From Halieaceae bacterium (GTDB taxonomy: Bacteria > Pseudomonadota > Gammaproteobacteria > Pseudomonadales > Halieaceae): a stretch of 64,000 nt of DNA. The stretch is from NCBI GenBank assembly GCA_038102985.1, contig JAYNYK010000004.1, positions 420-64,419 on the forward strand, given 5' to 3'. Shown piece after piece: positions 58,798 to 64,000 of this stretch. Position numbers and translations under genes: made by a program. Below the pieces are notes generated by a model, which saw only the letters and a list, made by a program, of their open reading frames with translations, was not told the origin of the DNA and did not search any database. How positions within the stretch are numbered: position 1 is the stretch's first letter; every line of letters begins with the position of its first letter.

Positions 58798-59984
58798 GTG
58801 ATCGAAATCGAATACCTCGGCATGCCGATGACGATTACAGCACCGAGATTATTGAAGAGCGGCAGCGGTTCATTGAGGCGCAAACCGGCGCGAATCTGGA
58901 CCACACCAAACGCTTTTCCTTTGACCCTCACGAAATGGAAAGCAACATTGAGAACTTCTGGGGTGTCGCACAAATACCCATTGGCGTCGCTGGACCACTG
59001 CTGGTTAATGGCGAGCATGCCCAAGGGGAGTTCTACGTACCCATGGCCACGGTCGAGGGGACAATGCTGGCATCTTATAACCGGGGCATGAAAGTGATCC
59101 GGGAGGCTGGCGGCGTGCTGACAACGGTTTCTCAGGAATCGATGCAGCGATCCCCCTGCTTTATCTTCAGGAATTCTCGCCAGGCGCGCGACTTCCAGCT
59201 TTGGTTGAACGACAATTTTGAGGCAATCAAAGCGAAGGCCGAAACCACCACATCTGTGGGCAAGCTCCACGACATCGAGAATTACCACGCCCACAGCATG
59301 ATTTTCACCCGCTTCGATTATTCAACCGGAGACGCCGCCGGCCAGAATATGGTGAGTCGAGCCACTTTTGCGGCATGCGAGTGGATTCACCAACAACGCC
59401 CCGAAATGCTGCACTACATGCTGTCGGGAAATTTTGATACCGAGAAAAAAACCTCATCGGTGAATTTGCTTAAAACCCGCGGCCGCCGCGTAACCGCGGA
59501 GATTACAGTGCCGCGGGAAGTGTTGATGAAGCACTTGCGCGTCGCGCCAGAGCAGATTGCGTACGGTCAACAAATATCAACGCTCTCCGCAATACTGACC
59601 AATTCATCGAATAATGCGAACCATCCGGCCAATGCTTTGGCGGCACTGTATCTGGCCACCGGCCAGGACGTGGCAAATATTGGTGAATCAAATCAGTGCA
59701 CCACTTATCAGCGCGCGACCCGGCAAGGTGATTTTTATTTCTCCATCACGCTGCCAGCACTCATTATGGCCACTTATGGGGGTGGCACTGCTCTGCCAAC
59801 CCAACGGGAGTGTCTGCGCATGCTGGGCTGCGAGGGTCAGGGGAAAGCACTGAAGCTATGTGAGATTGCGGCGGGGCTGGTAGTGGCAGGCGAATTGTCG
59901 CTTTCCGGTGCAGCCCGGGTGGACAAGACCACCCGCGTCAACGAATGGGTTGACGCCCATGAACGACTGGGCCGCAACCGGTAA
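58794..59984 (+). CDS. Class I-like HMG-CoA reductase homolog
   Basis: NIENFWG, PIGVAGPL.VNG, VPMATVEG, TGDAAGQNM, SGNFDTEKK, ATGQDVA, GGGT.LP.Q.ECL, GELSL, AHERL. Confidence 0.82.
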   Translation: MSDRNRIPRHADDDYSTEIIEERQRFIEAQTGANLDHTKRFSFDPHEMESNIENFWGVAQIPIGVAGPLLVNGEHAQGEFYVPMATVEGTMLASYNRGMKVIREAGGVLTTVSQESMQRSPCFIFRNSRQARDFQLWLNDNFEAIKAKAETTTSVGKLHDIENYHAHSMIFTRFDYSTGDAAGQNMVSRATFAACEWIHQQRPEMLHYMLSGNFDTEKKTSSVNLLKTRGRRVTAEITVPREVLMKHLRVAPEQIAYGQQISTLSAILTNSSNNANHPANALAALYLATGQDVANIGESNQCTTYQRATRQGDFYFSITLPALIMATYGGGTALPTQRECLRMLGCEGQGKALKLCEIAAGLVVAGELSLSGAARVDKTTRVNEWVDAHERLGRNR

Positions 59985-60003
59985 CTATCGGCGCCAAGGA
60001 TTG

Positions 60004-60558
60004 ATGACTACTCACTCGACAGCAGCGCGGCTCTTTACAAGGGGGTTACTGGCCTGGGGTTTGCTCTGTCTGGCGTGCATCGCGCCTGTGAGCCTTGCGG
60101 AGCGCGGGTCGCACGTCGTACTCGATGAACCCCTGCCCCAGCCCCAATGGCGCTTGCCCCTCATCGCCAATGGTTCTGGTTCCATCTCGAGCGAGACCCA
60201 CCTTGGCAAGGTCACCTATATCGACTTCTGGGCCAGTTGGTGTGGCCCCTGTCGTCTGTCGCTACCGGCTTTAAATCAACTCAGCAAAGATTTCGACGCG
60301 GCAGATTTTCGGGTTGTCGCCATCAGCGTGGACTATGTTGATGAGGACGCGCTGGATTTTCTCAAGCGTTATCCGGTCGAGTACCCCATCGCGATCGATA
60401 AAAGCGGCGACCTGGGCAGAGCGTTTGCGGTAGCCGGCATGCCGTCGGGATATCTCATTGATCGATTGGGCCAGATTCGCGAAATTCACGTCGGCTTCCG
60501 AAAGGGAGACGAAGCGCTGCTCAAAAAGAGTATCGCTACCCTAATCGCTGAAACATAA
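60004..60558 (+). CDS. TlpA-family thiol:disulfide oxidoreductase
   Basis: Signal/anchor; DFWASWCGPC, GMPSGYLIDR.G. Confidence 0.88.
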   Translation: MTTHSTAARLFTRGLLAWGLLCLACIAPVSLAERGSHVVLDEPLPQPQWRLPLIANGSGSISSETHLGKVTYIDFWASWCGPCRLSLPALNQLSKDFDAADFRVVAISVDYVDEDALDFLKRYPVEYPIAIDKSGDLGRAFAVAGMPSGYLIDRLGQIREIHVGFRKGDEALLKKSIATLIAET

Positions 60559-60628
60559 CAAACAATCGCCATCTCAAATCTTTGGCGCCAGCGGCCATCC
60601 GCCGTCTCATCGGCATCGTATCGATACC

Positions 60629-60976
60629 ATGAATGAACCCGACATCCTCTATTACGATGGCAGCTGCCCGCTGTGCCAGAGAGAAATGGCACATCTTGAG
60701 CGTCTAAAATCCAACACGCTGGTGCTACAAGACATCCACAATCTCGCGCCTGACCTCAATACGCCAGACAGGGCTACACTGCTCAAGTCACTGCATCTCC
60801 GGCGAGGCGACACTTGGATTGTTGGCCTAGATGCCAATATCGCAGCGTGGCAGCACACTCGCCTTGGCGCGATTTGGCGCTTTCTTTCTTGGCCGCTAGT
60901 GAAGCCAGTGGCGGACTGGCTTTACCGACAGTGGGCAGAAAGACGCTTCGCCAGCCGATATCCCGGTGATAATTGA
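60629..60976 (+). CDS. DUF393/DCC1-like thiol-disulfide oxidoreductase
   Basis: YYDGSCPLC, GLDA...AW, Y.QWA.RR. Confidence 0.85.
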   Translation: MNEPDILYYDGSCPLCQREMAHLERLKSNTLVLQDIHNLAPDLNTPDRATLLKSLHLRRGDTWIVGLDANIAAWQHTRLGAIWRFLSWPLVKPVADWLYRQWAERRFASRYPGDN

Positions 60977-60989
60977 ACGCGAGGCCGCT

Positions 60990-61640
60990 ATGGGTACCCA
61001 GCGCAAAATTCTGTCACCCCTCGATATCGCGGCAATGGAACGAACGCCCCGAGCCATGCTCATTAACAGCTTACCCGGATACAAGCCTGGCATGCTGGTT
61101 GGCACCTGCGACGGTGCGGGCCATACAAACCTCGCCATCATCTCTTCCCATTTTCATCTCGGATCCGATCCACCCCTCCTCGCAATGATTTTGAGACCCT
61201 CAACAGGGCAAAGCGAACGGCATACACTCGTCAATATTTTAGGCAGTCAGAGCTGGACCCTGAACAGCTTTACACTGGAAGAGGCGGCGATGGCGCACCA
61301 AACATCCGCTTCCTACGGACGTAACGAATCGGAATTTACCGCCTGTGCCTTTGGCATTCAGTGGGTCGACGGCGTCGACGCTCCATTCGTGGAAACGGCC
61401 GCACTGCAGATTGGCTGCGAACTTCGAGAACATCACCCTTTGAGCATCAATGGTACAAACCTACTGATCGGTGAAATCACCCACTTGAGTTTTCCATCGG
61501 ACACGCAGCGGGACAACGGCAGCCTTGACCTCAGCCGCCTGGGTGTCGTCACCATTTCAGGCTTGGATACCTATTCAAGCCCCTCGCCGGGCGCACGGTT
61601 CGCCACCGCCAAGCCCCATCTGGCGCCTCGACAGTTATGA
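60990..61640 (+). CDS. Flavin reductase-like (DIM6/NTAB family) protein
   Basis: INSLPGYK, NLAIISS.FHLGSDPP, RHTL.NI, AHQTSA.Y..SEF, NGT..IGEI. Confidence 0.8.
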   Translation: MGTQRKILSPLDIAAMERTPRAMLINSLPGYKPGMLVGTCDGAGHTNLAIISSHFHLGSDPPLLAMILRPSTGQSERHTLVNILGSQSWTLNSFTLEEAAMAHQTSASYGRNESEFTACAFGIQWVDGVDAPFVETAALQIGCELREHHPLSINGTNLLIGEITHLSFPSDTQRDNGSLDLSRLGVVTISGLDTYSSPSPGARFATAKPHLAPRQL

Positions 61641-61747
61641 CCTGACCCGAGGCTCGTCAGGGCTCGCTGCTTGGGCTAGGCTACCGTGCTGGCTGATGCA
61701 TTCGACCATTTCGGCGGCTACCGCCCCCCCTTACCTAGGACTCCTGG

Positions 61748-63655
61748 ATGACCCACCCACTCCATACCTCTCTCATTGCACTCGTGTTGCTGATCCTTAA
61801 TCCGATACTGAGCTCCGCCTCTGGGACGGAAGTGCCCGAGCGGGACGACATTGCCGAGGAATACAAATGGGACCTGCGTGACATGTATGCCAACGCTAGC
61901 GAGTGGCAGGCAGATCGAGAACGATTCCTCGCACTGCTTCCCGAGCTAGCACGGCATAGAGGCACACTCAGCGAGAGTGGTGATCGCCTGCTGGAAGCGA
62001 TCGAGTCCATACAAATCGTTGAGGGAATTATTGCCAACCTTTACGTGTACGCCGGTCTGAAGAGCTATGAAGACGCCCGTATCTCTGAGAATGCTGCACG
62101 GCTATCTGAGGCAAAAGGGTTGTACTCGCAGTACCAACAAGCCTTGTCCTATTTCTCGCCCGAACTCTTGGCGATTCCGGAAGACACCTTGAATCAATTT
62201 ATCGCCGCCACTCCGGGCTTGGAGATCTACAGGCATTACCTGAGCGAAATGGCACGCATGCGGCCTTACACGCTCTCAGAAAAAGAAGAGACATTACTGG
62301 CAATGGCTGCGGACCCTCTCGATAAGTTCAACAGCGTGTTTACGGCAATAGACAGCGCTGATCTGGAATTTGGTGCCGTCCTCGATGAGCAGGGGAATCA
62401 AGTGGAACTCACGGCGTCTCGGTATGGCGCCCTGCTGCACTCATCTGACAGGCGCGTTCGCGAAGACGCCTGGAAAGGACTGTTCGTTGGCTACCGGGCA
62501 CTCAACCACACCCTTGCAGCCAATTACGAGGGTCATGTAAAGAGCAGAGTCTTTTTCGCCCGTGCCCGGGGCTTTGAATCGCGACTGGATCACGCCACCT
62601 TCAGCAACGCGATTCCCAGAGAAGTCTTCGACAATCTGATCACAACCGCGCGGAACGGGAGTGCGCCGCTGCAACGTTATTTGCGGTTGCGTCAAAAAGC
62701 ATTGGGAGTCGAGCGATTGGAAATCTGGGACCTTTACGCGCCCATCGTTCCACCCACCCTCAAAAATATTGACTTTGAGGAAGCCAAGCAGATTGTTGCC
62801 GAAGCGCTGACACCTCTGGGTCAAGAATACATCGATGTTTATTGGCAAGGCTTCGACGAAGGCTGGGTCGATGCAATGGCCAACCGGGGCAAGCGCGGTG
62901 GAGCCTATAGCTGGGGTACCTATACATCAAAACCTTACCTCTCTATGAACTACGAAGGCACACTGAGCAACGTGTCGACGTTGGCGCACGAGTACGGGCA
63001 CTCGATTCACAGCTATCTCACGCGAAAAACGCAGCCACAGGTCTATGGTGATTATCGAACTTTTATTGCCGAAGTCGCATCGATGACCAACGAAGCGATC
63101 CTGATGCAAAAGATGCTAAAAGAAGCCGGCTCTGCCCGTGAGCGTGCTTATTTATTAAGCTCCTATTTGGACGAATTTCGCAGCGGCTTTTACCGGCAAG
63201 CATCATTTGCCGATTTTGAGGCAAGAGCCCATGCAAGGGTGGAAGCGGGTGCCGCACTCACAGCCGAGGTGCTGAATAAAATATACGCAGACGTGTTCAC
63301 GGCCTACTATGGCGACGCCGTTCATGCGGATGAGCTCAACCAAATCGAATGGAGTCGTATCCCCCATTTTTTACGCAGTGACAACTTTTATGTCTACCAG
63401 TACTCGACATCGTTCGTGGCGGCCACAGCTCTGGCAAAGCAAATTCTCGAGGAAGGTGAGCCCGCGAGAGCGCGCTACCTCACCATGCTAAAGTCAGGAT
63501 CGAATGACTACCCGATAGAACTTCTCAAGAAAGCGGGCATCGACATGACCACAACTGCGCCCATCGAAGCAACGATCGCCACCTTTGACGACCTTGTCGA
63601 TCAACTGGAACACGCGTTGGAGGACATAGAAGCAGTGGCCCTGGCCGATGAATGA
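61748..63655 (+). CDS. pepF: Oligoendopeptidase F (M3B) with N-terminal signal peptide
   Basis: KWDLRDMY, GKRGGAYS, TLAHEYGHSIH (HExxH), AEVAS..NE, WSRIPHF, FYVYQY. Confidence 0.9.
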   Translation: MTHPLHTSLIALVLLILNPILSSASGTEVPERDDIAEEYKWDLRDMYANASEWQADRERFLALLPELARHRGTLSESGDRLLEAIESIQIVEGIIANLYVYAGLKSYEDARISENAARLSEAKGLYSQYQQALSYFSPELLAIPEDTLNQFIAATPGLEIYRHYLSEMARMRPYTLSEKEETLLAMAADPLDKFNSVFTAIDSADLEFGAVLDEQGNQVELTASRYGALLHSSDRRVREDAWKGLFVGYRALNHTLAANYEGHVKSRVFFARARGFESRLDHATFSNAIPREVFDNLITTARNGSAPLQRYLRLRQKALGVERLEIWDLYAPIVPPTLKNIDFEEAKQIVAEALTPLGQEYIDVYWQGFDEGWVDAMANRGKRGGAYSWGTYTSKPYLSMNYEGTLSNVSTLAHEYGHSIHSYLTRKTQPQVYGDYRTFIAEVASMTNEAILMQKMLKEAGSARERAYLLSSYLDEFRSGFYRQASFADFEARAHARVEAGAALTAEVLNKIYADVFTAYYGDAVHADELNQIEWSRIPHFLRSDNFYVYQYSTSFVAATALAKQILEEGEPARARYLTMLKSGSNDYPIELLKKAGIDMTTTAPIEATIATFDDLVDQLEHALEDIEAVALADE

Positions 63656-63685
63656 TTTGAGGCCATCACGCATCGAGTGGGCAAC

Positions 63686-64000
63686 ATGAGCGCGGAACGG
63701 TCCCGCGAACATCTCACCACGCTTGTCAAAGGCTTGAGCGTGCTCACCAGCTTCTCCCGAGAGAGACCCAGCATGACGCTCTCCGAGGTGGCTAAACGCA
63801 CAGGGCTCAACGCTGCCGTCGCTCGTCGCTGCCTTCTGACACTGTGTGATTTGGGATACGTGGGAAAAGCAGAGGGTCGATTCATACTGAGACCAGAGGT
63901 CCTCGTATTCGCCAATCTGTTCAACGACACGTTCGATCTGGACAACACGATCCGACCCGCGTTACAGAATCTTCGGACCAAAACTGGGCACAGCGCTTCG
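63686..64000 (+). CDS. IclR-family (PcaR/PobR-like) regulator, runs off window end
   Basis: Not in ORF track. Manual translation: MSAERSREHLTTLVKGLSVLTSFSRERPSMTLSEVAKRTGLNAAVARRCLLTL..LGYV. Confidence 0.88.
   Translation, partial: MSAERSREHLTTLVKGLSVLTSFSRERPSMTLSEVAKRTGLNAAVARRCLLTLCDLGYVGKAEGRFILRPEVLVFANLFNDTFDLDNTIRPALQNLRTKTGHSAS

Noticed and set aside
61641-61661. Hairpin CCTGAC..GTCAGG after the flavin reductase gene
   Set aside because: 6-bp stem with no U-tract; not supportable as a terminator

Overview
A densely packed chromosomal segment (about 60 genes) from a marine-type gammaproteobacterium. The gene set and order suggest Cellvibrionales/Halieaceae (OM60/NOR5-like); this is an inference, not a database result. 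Bases 1-33 kb are core housekeeping: adk, mazG, cysM, recO-era-rnc-lepB-lepA, the rpoE-rseABC-degP operon, nadB, sdhE, ygfZ, ung, lptFG, pepA-holC-valS, tatD and rapA. Bases 33-45 kb hold a lipid/acyl-CoA catabolic cluster. Bases 44.6-50.6 kb hold a tightly coupled 7-gene operon (DUF1445, pxpA, pxpB, pxpC, DUF4392, D-amino-acid transaminase, alanine racemase). It is the best candidate for an undescribed system: a D-amino-acid/D-glutamate salvage route via 5-oxoproline. Bases 50-64 kb carry ppx, amtB, a PhoA-type phosphatase, gspB/exeA, a nitronate-monooxygenase-family gene coupled to an orphan HMG-CoA-reductase-like gene, thiol/flavin redox genes, a probably exported PepF and the start of an IclR regulator. 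A structured ~100-nt sRNA or leader candidate lies divergent from a LysR gene at ~28.3 kb. I saw no tRNA, rRNA, CRISPR array, transposase or phage gene. All family calls come from motif recognition in the translations; no searches were run.
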